Assembly: GCF_030684315.1 (NCBI RefSeq)
Contig: NC_081354.1
Location: 76,831,222-76,895,221, forward strand
Origin: Stegostoma tigrinum
Taxonomy: Eukaryota
Direction of reading: 5' to 3'
Length of the DNA stretch: 64,000 bases
How positions within the stretch are numbered: position 1 is the first letter of the stretch; each line of letters opens with the position of its first letter. A model generated the notes under the pieces. That model had not been told where the DNA came from. It did no database searches and worked only from the letters and a program-made list of their open reading frames with translations. Positions 36,989-50,370 of this stretch are shown here, in pieces. Both the position numbers and the translations under genes were made by a program.

Positions 36989-38049
36989 AGCATATATATG
37001 GAACCTTACATTAGATTGGGTGGCTGCTGTGGAATGGCATGTCGATGACAAATAGAGGGAGGCGATGGATCGGTATGCAAGCAACCATAGATACAAATCG
37101 TCTTAGTTTCCAAATAACAAACCACTCTGAGATCTACTCCTGAAAGTTATGGATTGTAAAAATACTCAAAGGTCTGTATTTTTAAAATTTTTTTCACATG
37201 CTCTGGCACCTCTGTTGTGTAGATATTTAAAACCAGCATTCAGCTGTAACTATTCCAGTTACAGTACTTACCATGATTAGACTGTGGGAAATAACTGGCC
37301 GGTTAGTCAATGAAGGAGCCCAGCAGTAGACAATTAGGTGGTATTGATATACAGCGCCTGTGAATCATGGACGTAATGTCCAAAATCTTGATATTTGTAT
37401 TATCACAAAGTTAAAATTGGATTTAACTTGTGACACAAGCAGAATAAAATCAAGGATGAAAACTATTTGTCTATTTATGTTTCATGATCGTACCAGTTGC
37501 GATGTTTTTGTACCTATGGTATTTTAATGTAAGAACTCTTATACCTCTAAATAGTTGGTCTAGTCCACAAAACTGGTTTTTAGGTCATTAATACAGGCAA
37601 ATCAATTGGCTTACCTGTACCTTTTGTGAACACTGATTTTGCTGATAAAACATTACACGGCCAAATATTGTTTAGCACTAACACTCAGCAACACGCTATT
37701 TAGTACATTTTAAATAGACATTAGAAACACTGATCTGTTCCATTGTCAGTCATTTGATTTTCCACAAGCATTCAGCATTTTTAGCACCAGGTGCTAATTC
37801 TGAACTTTTAAATCACCCTGCCTTCACAATTTAAATCTCCTTGGTGTATGAGTTTCAATCATAACTCAATTGTTAGCTTTCTTCGTGTCAGAATATTGAG
37901 GGTTCACTTCAAGCGTACATTTTTGTAAATGTTATTAACTGCTAAACCTGTTTGAACATGGGATTTTTGTGCAGTCCATCCTACAAACTGTGACACTGAC
38001 CCCAGTCACCCATAAATCTAAGAGGAAATTCAAGTGAAACCTTTTTACT

Positions 38050-38700
38050 CAGAGTGGAATCTGTTGTGTTTGGAATTGTGTATTTTCTGTGGTTGCATCT
38101 TTTCCCTGCTACTGACGAGTGAGTCATCAGTATCACAGTCTGCAGTGCGATAGGGATGGGTGTGAGCAACAGCGGACAGATGGCATCTTCTGGTGATTAT
38201 CAAATCGGGCTGATGGTCAGTGGAAGATGACAATATGACAGTGTTGGTGTAATGTACAGTTCATACTATGCTCAAGGGTCCAGTAGCTGCTGTCTGCTTT
38301 GGTCATCTTGCCAGTACTGTGTTTACCTAGGCACATTTATCATGAAACTCTGATCTAGTTCTTGTATTGCAATCCAGCAGGAGAAATAACTTTTCTCCAC
38401 ATGGCTGATATTCCACAATTTCAAATCGGGTGTTGTAAGAGTAATCTTTGTTTTCAGTATTGGTGTATAAGGTCGGTGCATAAGCACAAATCATGATGAT
38501 AACATCTTCATCTGAAAGTGTCATGTTTACAGTGGTCATCTGCACTTTTCTACTGCCTGTGAAAGGTATAATTGGCCTTGTGTGTTGCTCCAGTGTCAGC
38601 CAATGCAGTCTGTTGGAGAACAGCAATTTCTTTTTCTCAGCGCGGTGGCTCAGTAGCAGCACAACACGTGGGCACCTCTGCCCGGGAGTCCAGGACTCAT
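38050..38700 (-). mobile_element. Decayed RTE-clade LINE, APE endonuclease region
   Basis: IICAYAPTL...ENKD..Y...KLFLLLDCN.R and HQPDLIITRR.HL..V.HT..Y.TADCDTDDSLV, matching RTE 'SAYAPT...LGDFNARVG...HQLDLI...DCDTDHSLV'. Confidence 0.8.
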
Positions 38701-38904
38701 CTATTCCATTGGTTTTACTTCTTTTCTTTCTATGCTTTTTGTTTAATGTTTTCATTCTTGATGTCACCTCTCCTGCTTTTAACGACTTCAGCGAAAGTTG
38801 TCTTTTATTGGCCCAGGCCCAATGACGAGGTGCCATGTGATAGAAATGAGTTACGTCACTGATCACTGAGAACATCCGAGTCACTGATGCAGGGACTAAA
38901 GCTT

Positions 38905-39215
38905 AAAACAGAGCATTACCTTCCAAACCCATGGCCATTTCCACCTGGAAGGACAGGGGCAGCGGATACATGGGAACACCACCACCTGCAAGATTTTCTC
39001 CAAACCATTCACCATCTCGACTTGGAAATATGTTGCCATTCCTTCACGGTTGCTGGGTCAAAATCGTGGAATCCTCCTTTAAGGGCATTCTGGGTCAACC
39101 TACAGCATGAGGATTGAAGCAGTTCAAGAAGGCAGCTCGCTACCACCTTCTCAAGGACAACTAGGAATGGGCAATAAATGCCAGTGATACCAACATCCCA
39201 TGAATGAATAAACAA
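38905..39215 (+). mobile_element. 3' end of a CR1/L2-group LINE (a different family from the HER1-like CR1); a further fragment lies at ~39430-39592
   Basis: RTGAADTWEHHH, SFTVAGSKSWN and gcagttcaagaaggcagctc...catcccatgaatgaataaa. The second piece encodes MGAAPTTLGKFDIIRNK. Confidence 0.7.
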
Positions 39216-39624
39216 CAATGTGCTTTATCTTGGTGCTTGAGACCAGTACTCCCACTTGAACAATGAGGCACCAGACTGGAGAATCACTTTGGTATCTGTG
39301 TATGTACTGTCCCTGAGGCTGCTTGCTTCTTATGACTAAGTAAGGATCTTCAATTCCTTATGTACTGTAACACTCCTTTATTTACATCTATTCATTTGTA
39401 GCTGTCTGCTTGCTTACTGATGTCACTCATACAATCGGCCTTTGTAGGTCAGAGGCTAGGAATTCTGCAGTGAATAACTCACCACCCAACTCCCCAAAGC
39501 CTATTCATCATTCACAAGGCACAAGTCCCATCCGACCGATGGGTGCAGCTCCAACAACACTCGGGAAGTTTGACATCATCCGAAACAAAGTACTGTAACT
39601 CTCTTAATTCCACTGGAATTTAGA

Positions 39625-41135
39625 ACAGTAACAAAGAACAAAGTATGGCACATCACAGGAACAGGCCATTCAGCCACACTAAGCCTATGCTGACATATCA
39701 CGCCCCTCTAAACTAAAAACCTTTTGCCTCTATTCCCTGCCCATCCACATATCTACCAAGATGCCTCTTAAACATTGCCATTGTATTCGCCTCCACCACC
39801 ATCTGTGTCAGCACTTTCCTCTGGCAGGGAATAGAGGCTAATGTGAAGTGATGCATTTTGGAAGGTCCAATGCAGGGGGAAAGTATCCAGTAAATAGCAG
39901 AGCCCTTAATAAGCAGTAATATATACAGGGATCTAGTTGTACAGGTCGACAGCTTCCTGCAAGTGGCAATACTAGTGGATAAGGTGGTCAAGAAGATGTT
40001 TGGCATGCTTGCTTTCATTGGTCAGGATATAGATTATAAAAATTCATCTGCCATTTTTCCACCCAAGTCTCCAGCCTACCTGTAAACTCTGGCAATCCTC
40101 CTCACTATCTACAGCTCCCCCAATCTTTATGTGGTCCGCAAACCTACTAATCAGACCACTTACATTGCCCTCCCCATCATTTATATATATTACTAACATT
40201 AGAGGGACCCAGCACTGATCCCTGTAGTAAACTGCTGGTCACAGATCTCCAGTCAGACAAACACCTTGCCATCACTACTGTCTGTCTTCTATGACTAAGC
40301 CGGCTCCACATCCACCTTACCAGCTCACCACGGATCCCATCTAACTTCAGCTTCCGTATCAGCCTGCCATGAAGGACCTTGTCAAAGGCTTTGTTAAAAT
40401 CCATGTCGTCAACGTCCACTCCTCTGTCCTCAGCAATCATTTTGTCACTTCCTCAAAGAAATCAATCAAGTTTGTGAGACATGACCTCCCTTGTACAATG
40501 CTATGTCATCTCTTGCTAATAAGTCTATATTTTTCAAAATGTGATGAAATCCTAAGAATCTTCTCCAATGATTTCCCGAACACTGCTGTGAGGCTCAGCA
40601 GCCGCTAATTTCCCAGACTATCTCTGTGCCCTTCTTAAATAAAGCAACAATGTCAGCTAATCCCTGATCCTGTGGGACCTATCCCCTAACTAAACAGGAT
40701 AAAGAGATTACTATGAGGCTCCAGCAATTTCCTTCCTTGCCTCTCACTGGGTATTCTGGGATAGATCCCATCAGGTCCTGGGGACTTGTCTACCCTAATG
40801 TTTTTCCAACCACCCAACTCCTTTTCTATATCGACATTCTATGGAATATCAACATAACCCTCTCTAAACTCGCCATCTAATATGTCCTCCTCCTTTTAGA
40901 ATACCGATGAAAGTATTCATTAAGGACCTTACCCACTTCTTCTGCCTCCATGCATAAATTCCTTTTTTTGTCCTTGAGTGAATGTACTCATTTTCTAACT
41001 ACCCTCTTGATCCTAATATATGAATAAAATGCCTTGAAATTTTCCTTAATCCTATTTGCCAATGACAGTTCAAGGCCTTTTTAGCCCTTCTCACTCCTTG
41101 TTTAAATTCTTTCCTGCTTTCTACATATTCTCCTC
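39625..41135 (-). mobile_element. CR1 LINE fragment with an internal inverted segment (~39835-40045)
   Basis: DFNKAFDKVLHGRLIRKL...QGSVLGP on the minus strand (40177..40440) and a 3' tail at ~39625. 39835-40045 reads as CR1 on the plus strand (CEVMHFG...RDL.VQV). Confidence 0.85.
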
Positions 41136-41500
41136 AAGAGATGACTTGAGACAAGTGTATAAGATCCTGAATGATCTTGGCAAGGAGGGAAAAAACATTA
41201 CGAGGTGGTCCCGAAACAGGAGGCACCATTTTAAAATTGGGCATCACCTTCCAGGAAAGCAGTTGGGATAATATTTTCTCACATGAGGTTTCTCACATGA
41301 TAGCCTTTGCCTCAGAAGGTGGTCGTGAGGTCATTAAACATTTTTAAGGCGTAAGTAGATGAATTCTAGTCAGGCAAGGGAATCAAAAAAAATGGGGGAA
41401 TAGATGGGAATGTGCAATTCAAAGACAAACAGATCAGCCACGATCTTATTGAATGGCAGGGTAATTCAAGGAGTCGAATGATCCACTTCGGCCTCCACTC
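41136..41500 (+). mobile_element. Decayed CR1 3' end
   Basis: DLRQVYKILND motif and a CR1 3' UTR (ggcaagggaatcaa...atcagccacgatcttattgaatggc). Confidence 0.7.
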
Positions 41501-43284
41501 TATAGCAGTTCTAAATTCATTTGGCTCATATTCTTGCCAGGCAACGCTGTTAAATTCAGAGCATTGCTTTATGTTAAGTCTCAGAATGTAAAGATGGGCA
41601 CCTGTATTGACAAAGAACTGACCAGCCGAGGAATATACTATCAGCTAGCCCCTTTCAGATTAGCTTAATTTCTTTTAATAAATGGCCATTAAATTGGTAA
41701 GGAGCAAGTTGTAACATAATCATTAGGCATGTCTGCAGGATCAGATTTCCAAAGAAATACAACTATAAATGGATTAACCTCACTGACCCATATTATGGGG
41801 TATAGGGAATGTGTCCCAAATATAATTCACCTGGTATGAAATTGTTTTCAAATTGCTTTAAGTTCAAAAGCTAATCAAAGCACATTTTATAAATGTCATC
41901 ATTTCTTAAAATAAAGCAAACCAAAAGCATTGCGTGAGGATTTATGCTCATCGTGATGTGGTTTGACCTCTCAAGTTACTATGGCATTGAAATGAGTTTG
42001 CAGGGAGTAAACATCAGAACAGGAACACTAATATTAGGACACACCTTTTGACTAAATCAAATGAATTGAAATGGGGAGTGACTGCCACTTTCCCACACTC
42101 AAACAAATATTTTTCTTTTGAAGATCTCTTTCTGTCTAGCTTTATTGCTGAATTCATGAAATTGCCGTGATCTATGAAAAGGTTTTAAGCTTCCTCCCAG
42201 AGACCATGACCAAGTCTGTTTTATTCAGTTAAGCCCTATCATCTGTTTAGTGTGCAGTATAATCATTCTGGTCTACAAAGGAGCCAAACAGGATGTAAAT
42301 GTTTTAATGATGGTCAAAGTACATTTTAGTTTATTGTTATATCATTTACTGTGTGGAAAATCTCCAGTATGTACTCAGATGAAGATTGCAGTACAACAAA
42401 ACTTGTATCAGGGGAGTGAATTTTGTTAATATGAACAGCATTAACAAGAGGAATCAGAGGTGAGATCCCTAAAATAAAACACAAAGGTGATTTGCCCTTT
42501 CTGATAATTTGAAAGATGACAGGTAAGACGTAAGTTAAACTTTTAAATATTTGCAAAGTCTTGTAATAAGCTGCAGCGTCTAAAATACAAAAATATCTAT
42601 TAATAAGCATTTAATGCAATTTGCCTGTGTAGGTGTATGAGTTACACAATAGAACTGCTTGGTTTCAAGTAAAAAACACTGAATGGCGTTGGCCATGAAA
42701 TTTAGAAAGTTGAGTTAGTTATACAGGTTTATTGTTTGGCTGAGTCGCTACTACATGCTCTTACTGCAGCATGTTGTCTGGCTATACCTGTCCTTTTCAA
42801 ATTTTTGTCCTTTTCAAGCTTTTTCAAGTTAACGGCAAGTAACTTGTTTTATTTTGCAGACAATTGTAAAAGCAACTGCATGGGGTAAATTTCACAGATG
42901 ACTCATTGTGATGCAGTTGAGTAACAGTTGAAGCTATCATTTGTGAACTGGCTGACAAGAATAATATGGAGCCAATAATTTAATTAACTGATTTATTTCA
43001 GACAATGTTGTGTGTTTAAACTTTTTCAAAGCTAGTAATTATGTCTCTTAAATCATGGTTACATGTAAAGTTGTAATATTCATTTGGTACAAGAATTTTT
43101 CTTCACTTAACAAACTTGCTTCTTCAATTACTGAATTTTTTTTAATGAGGAATTGCCATTTGGGCAAACACAATTTAGGACAGTGCCTGTCAATCCCACC
43201 ACAGTCCAAGATACTGTCTTCAGGAGGTGAGAGTGGAGAAAATGGTCATCAAATAACAGCATTTAGAAACATAATTTTGGATCA

Positions 43285-43618
43285 ATCATTCAATTTCTAT
43301 GATGTGGATGAGGCCATTCAGCCCAATGAATCTGCACAAACCCTCTGATGACCATCCCACCCTGTACCCCATCCCCATAACCCCACATTTCCCGAGGTTA
43401 ATCCACCTAGCCCTCACATCCCTGGACTTCACAGGGCAACTTAGCATAGCCAACCCACCTAACCTGCACATCTTTCGAAGTGTGGAGCACCAGCTGGAAA
43501 TCCCCACAGATATGAGGAGCACGTGCAAACTCCACTTGGACAGTCACCTAAGGCAGGAATTGAACCAGAATCCCTGGCACTGTGAGGCAGCAGTGCTATC
43601 TGCTAACTAATTGCCACA
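43285..43618 (-). mobile_element. HE1-like V-SINE
   Basis: Reverse complement of the head, V-domain and tail seen at 6537 and 49333. Confidence 0.85.
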
Positions 43619-45136
43619 CTCTTCACAGGGATGGAGTTGTGAGGGGATCTCCACTCCCAGGTCCATAATCCCAAGTTAGGCTCACCAGTGCCTGGGTAAG
43701 TGCCAGGTAAACTCTTAATAAAACAGACCCCCTCCAAAGCAGCTAATGTGGGACTCTCACCAGCTGTCCAGCTGGTGGGCAAGATTTCCATCACCTGGAA
43801 TAAATTGCATTACATAATCTTACCAGTCACAACATCGAATTACCTCTTAATGCTTCCAAAATGTTTTCTGCCCACTACTGTTCTCCATACATGGAAGACC
43901 ATTCCAGATTATTAACTGGTGCATGAAATGCACCTTTCGAAATCATAACTAGAATTGTAGAAGAACTGATTTTCTTGAAGGAACAGAAACGTTTCCAATT
44001 TGTGAATTGTCTTTGTAAAGCACAAAGAGAGACATTATAAAACAAGTGAATTGAATGTCCATGAAATGATACTTCATTGATCAGTGCTAGACAGAATATT
44101 TGAGTTATGGTCTGACTCGAAAGCTTTATGGAGTTTGATCGTGACGATCACTGATTTGTATGCTCTAGTTTTGACAATATGGATGAAGTTTCACCTTGGT
44201 TTGTTGGCTCCTGCTTTACATTGTGTGAGAGTTCTTAACATTGAATTCAACTATGTCACCATTAGAGTGGTGTTCATGTGTCAACTCAGCTGCTTCCTAA
44301 TATGCAATACTTTCCATTGATTCAATGCTCTCTCAACGGAAGCATTTTGTGTAACTCATTTAGTAAGTTCTGCTTCCTCCAAATTAATTACTCCTTCTAC
44401 TTTAAATGCTCAGTGCTCAAAATTGAACAATTTACATTGTGTTTCTGTAACCAAGCCATTGATGCAAATTAGAAATTGTAATGGTGCCAATGTTTGTCCT
44501 TGGGAGACTGCACTCAATGTTTCCCACTCTTCTCCCCTATCACTGCCACTCCACAGATTTACATGTATACCATAATGAATAGCTATTGTTTTGTTTTTCA
44601 GCCAATTTCTTATCTATTCCCAAATTTTACAACTTTTATCAATAATATAATACCTCACCTTGGATCCTGGGGCTGGCACTGAGTTCTAGAATATGGACAA
44701 TATGAGCTAATTTAGTCTGTGCCAGTGATGTATTACAAATAACAAAAACATGCCATTATCTGGAAAAAGTCATTTTACATGAAATACACTGCTGTTGATT
44801 ATTAATGTGGAATCTGAAAGGTGATTACTACCACTGCATAAGCATTATATCAGTCTGTATAATGTGTTGGTCAGAAAAATGGTGAGATTGGCATACTAAC
44901 CCTCCTCAATGGGCATGATTGGGCATCAGCACCTAATAAGCCATCTACAGCTGGCCAGGATATGTCTTTTGGACTGACATGCCAAACTTGTGCAAGGCTC
45001 AATAGCTCCCACGGTGAAGTCAGGGCTTCCTCAAAGTGGGGCTGGAGCAACTGTGTGTGACTTATTTTCCAAGCTTACATGGCAATTCAGTAGTATCATG
45101 TAGGAGGTGGAGGATTGGGAAGTTCAGTTTATTTTT

Positions 45137-45366
45137 GAGATAACACACTGTGGAGCTGGAAGAACACAGCAGGTCAGGCAGCATCAGAGGAGCAGGAAAG
45201 TTGACGTATCGGATCAGGACCCTTCTTTAGGTTCTTCATTTCTGAAGAAGGGTCCCGACCCGAAACGTCAGCTTTCCTGTTCCTCTGATGCTACCTGGCC
45301 TGCTGTGTTCCTCCAGCTCCACACTGTGTTATCTCTGACTCAGCATCGGAAGTTCTTATTATTTCT
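45137..45366 (+). mobile_element. Palindromic non-coding PLE mini-element with back-to-back hammerhead motifs and a TSD
   Basis: Arms 45137-45230 and 45242-45335 are reverse complements around an 11-nt spacer. TSD ca(g/a)tttatttttga at 45125-45138 and 45367-45380. Confidence 0.9.
45242..45269 (+). ncRNA. Minimal type I hammerhead ribozyme motif, core intact
   Basis: CUGAAGA-A-GGGU(CCCG)ACCC-GAAAC-GUC. The opposite-strand partner (45203-45230) has CUAAAGA and GAUAC substitutions. Confidence 0.75.
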
Positions 45367-48300
45367 CAATTTATTTTTGATGCTGGATGACCATTTTCTT
45401 GACCTGAGATCATGTCTACAGATTTCAACAGATGTCAGCAGCTTTCCCTAGCAAAACCTTGCAAGGTGCTGAAAGATCCCATTGACTACAGGGCACAAAA
45501 CACATGGAAGCTCTGCATCATACATTAGAAATGCCATTGAATTGTTTAAATCAGCAGATCATATGCGGGGTGGATTGAAGTTGGCTCATTTGGGAGCAGT
45601 CAGTTGGTAGCAGATGTCTTAAAGGGTGGAAGGACATTCATTGAAGGAATTTGCCCAATCTTACTTCAAGTTTGATTTTCATCCTACCTGATTTGTTCTG
45701 AACAAAGGCATTACACAATCAAGAGTAGAGAACAGAATGGCTCGAAAAAATCACTATTCAGCAAAATGCCAACTTTTTTTACATCAATTGTTTGTGGATT
45801 TCATCCATGTATTTCAGTCCTCAAATTTTTTAACGCATACTGTGCCAGATTTTGAGAGGAACTTGCATCAATGCAACAAAGCCCAGCATTCATTGGAATT
45901 GCTTCTGCCCCAACTGTCATCTTTTATCAGCAGTTTTCGCAAACAGATCTAACAGTGATCACTATTATAACATCCCATCCAGTGAGCTGTGTAACTTGTA
46001 CTGGAGTTAATTGAGCAGAAAAGGTTTCTGTTAAAGCCAATTTTACTATATTGTTCTCATTGTCATCACTTAACTTGCTTTGTCGATAACTGACAATTGC
46101 AAGTTGACTGCGATAAAATGTTATCCAAGTTTAAAATATTCATGAAAACATTATTATTGTGTAATAATTTCATCTCCAGAATTTTGAAGAATACCTTGAA
46201 AAGATTGATTAATTAAATTTACTTTCCTGGTACAGTGCAGTTAATTGGATCATTTTGATGCATTTTTAAAATAATCTAACTTTCTGATATTAGTTCCTGG
46301 TGACATGCATCTTTAACCGTATTTGTGGGACGAACCTAAACACAAGAAAGACTTGCATTTTTTGAACACAACTCTCAAATGTCTCAAAAGATTTCACTTA
46401 ATACGATGACATTACAAAACGGTTGCTGTTATGTTGGGAAGATGTGGATCAAGATGAGAAATGTTATGTTAACTGTCTTTTGTTGTTTTGAATGGAAAGA
46501 TGTTAATTTATGTTTATGCACAGGGGAATAAAGCAATAAGGAGATTTTAAATAGACAAAATTCCTCCTGTTGATAATTTTACAGAAAAGATATACAAACA
46601 GGCATACACAGGAAATCCTGCTTTGTACTTGAAACTGTTTTTAATAAAAGCAGTGGAAAGAACTTCATTCCAAAAGTATTCTGCAGATTATTTTCAAAAT
46701 CTTGAGTATTTTATATTAGTTGTTTGGATTGATGCCGTAATTAGTGTCCAGCTTCTATCTCTGTGGCCTTCAATTGAATTTTGTCTGGCTGTTGAAAGCT
46801 GGTTTGCATGTTCCAATTAGTTCTACTACATTAATATGGCTTCTAAAGAGAGCCTGACACAAAAATGTAGTAAATGAAAAAATTAAGCAAAATATTCATT
46901 TGAAGGGACAGCCTAAAGATAAAGCGCTGGAAGTAACAGTGACCATTTGTTAATTGAAAACTGTCCAGATGGTTTGCCCCATTCCCGTGACTTTCTGAGC
47001 CCATGACGTTTGGGTGTCAGTCCCGTTATTCTGACTTCCCTCAGTATTCTCCTGCACAGTTCTTCTCAAAACAACACACCTTTCGGCTGCAGTTATTTCT
47101 CTGTTCCAGGCAGCACTCATCCCCACCAGAGCGACAGACACTCACACTCACACCTCATCTTTCTAAACTCTCTCAGCTATCATTCCATTTGACAGATGGT
47201 GCCCTTCCATTTTCTGGACACTAAATATTACCAGCACTGATCTCCCTGTCACCCACCCCGACCTCGGATCACATCCACTTGTTTTCCCTGCAGAAGCAGA
47301 TACGGAATAACTTGGTGAAAGGTAGAAATGGTGGGTGGGACAGGCAGTGAGGGTGCTGTGGGTCATCATGGCGGATGCCTTGTTGGCTACAGGCAATGTG
47401 TGTTCATCTAATGCACAGGGAAGAAGTCTTATTCCAGGAAGCTGCAGATATTCACAGCAACTAGCCTCAACCTCATGAGACACTGATGCTTACGCATATT
47501 TAGAGAGTGCATCCTCTAACTGTGGACCTTATTTTGTGGGTCTCACCTCCTTCCATTTGGATTCTAGAGTGCATGCGATTTGCGAAGCAGAATGTGATTG
47601 AGAGGAAGGCAGCTGATACTGCTGCTTGTGTTGCTGGACAAGTTAACAGTGATAGACGTCCTGCTCTTGTCGCTCAGCAGATGTGGACAGTTGTGCTACA
47701 TAAACTGCTGTCAAGACAAGATTGGCAACTGGGCAGTGAAGCTGAAGGTGGCTGAAGTGCAGGGCAGGTGAATGACTTTGCAATTACCTATTGTATAGCA
47801 ACTACAATTCCTGACAGATGGATTGCTATAAACAGCAGCCTTTTTCCTGGTCTGTAGTTCTTCAGTTTAACTGAGTGAAACCTTCCAAGCTTGCTAGTTT
47901 CAGAGTGAACGCTCTTCCTGCTGGATGGTGGCCTAGTCTGACCTGGTGGGTTGCAGTCACAGCTTGTGACTATTCCCAGGAGTGAATCCATGTGCAGAAT
48001 CTGACCGTTGTCTTGCTTAGGCCAGAGGGAGTCTCCACTGCATTCACAGCCCATCACCAGGAGAAAATAGGGTAATGGTGATGGCAGGGTGGGGTGATGA
48101 GATCACATTGGGATCACAACCAAATTTCTGCAATTTCTTACCCTGCAAGCCCCTAAACCTGCTTCACAAGTTAGAACTGTTTCATTGCATTTTTCAATAA
48201 TTTGAAATAATGTGTTAAAATTTGCTTTTGTGATGGCAAAAATCCATCTGTACTGTAGATTAAAGTGTAAAGAAAGAGTTTATAAATGGAATGGTCATTT

Positions 48301-49332
48301 TTAGAAAGCCAGTTGGCAATATTGGCTGCTGCAGGAAGAACTAATGCAGCGGTGCAGCTGCTTGAACACAACAGCCATGTGCCTTAAACATCTTAAAGTA
48401 GAATTCTAAAGGGGTGTGAGAAACACAGGCTCAGGTGACAATTGTGGCAGAATTGGATGAGATGTGCGATGAGACCAATGTTAACATCGGGAGCATCTTG
48501 CTGCATCTTTTATCTTTCTGACAAGCCGTGGGGCAAATTGCCAATTGAGGGGACATAATGGCTGGGCAAAAGCCTTACTGATGGCCCAACACACTTTGTT
48601 AGTATTCAGCTTTCTGTCCTCCCAAAAGTGCAAATCATGCCAGATACCAAGAGAAAACAGCATGGAAATAAGAGCAGGAACCTTGCAAATTGTGCTCATA
48701 TATGCTCCAAAGAACCTCCCTGTTGGGCACCACCAAACAGCATCTCAGGGCATGTTTTATGGGCATGGGCTGGAGGTGCCTTTTATCCACAGACATTGGC
48801 ATCTAATGTTCGCCAACACTTTGTGATCATCCTGGCGCCTCTCCCACCATCACTTGCAGGCTGCTTGAGAAGAACAGACTTGCATTGTGAGGCACACTGA
48901 CAACTAGCATTGAAATGCTGCTGCAAGGACACTGATTGGAGTGGGAGGCACATAGCTGTCCGCCACTCTTGTTTCTCCCTGTGCATGTGGATGAAGACTC
49001 TGGCTGTTGACATCACAGGGACCCATCCAGTCTGAGGCTGAGCTGGTAGCTGGTCCTCCACAGCCTCTGAGTGTCAGGAGCCAGGGCTGTTTCTCCCACA
49101 GCCAGCAGCAGTGAGGTGTTCAGCCGTTTGCACTCCCACACTCCTTGTGGCTAACAGGTGTCAGTATCTAAGCTGGTTTGGCAGAGGTGCAGGAGGCAAA
49201 TTTGTTGATGCTTCCTCTGAGATATCAATATCCTCATCCTCAAAGGTCAAGGGCTTCTGGTGGATTGCGGCATTTCCCAGCATAGGTAGTAGACATGCTA
49301 GCTGTATCTGCAAGACCAAGATCTGTAAGGTC

Positions 49333-49645
49333 AGGGCGGCATGGTGACTCAGTGGTTAACACTGCTGCCTCTCAGTGCCAGCGATCCGGGTTTGATTCCA
49401 CCCTCGGGTGACAGCCTGCGTGGATTTTGCAAATTCTCCCCGTGTCTGCATAGCTTTCCTCTGGGTGCTCCAGATTCCTCCCACAGTCCAAAGATGTGCA
49501 GGCTAGGTGGATTAGCCGCGCTAAATTGCCCATAGCATTCAGGGATGTGGAGATTAGATGGCAACAGGGGGTGGGTCTGGGTGGGATGCGCTGAAGGTCG
49601 GTGTTGGGACAAAGGGCCTGTATCCACACTGTAGGGATTCTATGA
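49333..49645 (+). mobile_element. HE1-like V-SINE inserted in the Harbinger-like region
   Basis: gggcggcatggtgactcagtggttaacactgctgcctctcag...gggtttgattcc head, V-domain and tail acactgtagggattctatga. Confidence 0.88.
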
Positions 49646-50154
49646 AAATGAGAGAAGATGTTGTGGCCAGTGGTTAGAAGTGATATGCAATGAAAGACAC
49701 TGACTGTGGTGTTACTGTGAGAGTTGCAGTGGAATGAAGAGTGGTATTTATTTGGTTGGCAGGACATGGAGTTCTCAGCATCTTCACAGAAGTTGTCCCA
49801 TCTTCCCCTGTGAAGGTTCAGGGTAACCGTCACCTGTACATTTTCTACCTGCCCAGTTATGGGCTCTCATCTCCTGTAATGAGGGAAAGGGAGGAATTGA
49901 ATGAGTTAAAAGTGGGTGACATGGTGTTAGTGCAGGTGGCAAAAAGGTGGTGAGGTGTTCTGAGGGAGTCAGTAGGCAGGAGCAGGGCATGGGGGCTTCC
50001 TCGTGGATGGGTGGCAAGTAGATGGGGACGGCGTATTTGAGAATGGGTAAGGGAAGTTGTTGAAAGCAATAATGAGTGTGGCAGCGCATGAGCCTTGGTG
50101 AGACGGGCGTGCAGTAGCAGAGAAGCAGTGAGTGTGAAGTATCAGAGAGAAGAA

Positions 50155-50370
50155 TGTGATATCTCTTCTGGCCTGACTGACCAATCCTTCACAGCCTGGA
50201 GACTGCACTGATCTGGGTGGTGACCTTCGACAGGCTGCCAGGTTCTGGTGGAGCAGCCTCCTCTATCGGTCCTCTGAGAAGACGACCGCTTTCTTTTGCA
50301 ATACCCCCTCAATCTTGAACTCCAGGTCCCAGTTGGGGAATCACGGTGCTATCTTCCTCTTCTCTGACAT
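50155..50370 (-). pseudogene. Harbinger-associated Myb/SANT-like DNA-binding protein N-terminus, with stops and a frameshift
   Basis: Manual translation: MSEKRKIAP*FPNWDLEFKIEGVLQKKAVVFSEDR*RRLLHQNLAA/(W)SKVTTQISAVSRL*RIGQ..QKR, resembling 'APRF...LE.L...V..RR.VLF......AW.EVA..VSA.S...R...QC.KR'. Confidence 0.6.

Noticed and set aside
36789-45366. Palindromic elements at 36.8 and 45.1 kb as DNA-transposon MITEs or miRNA precursors
   Set aside because: The arms are homologous to the pLTR of the RT-coding PLEs, the tail is asymmetric, and 14-bp TSDs do not fit common cut-and-paste superfamilies. There is no evidence for miRNA processing.
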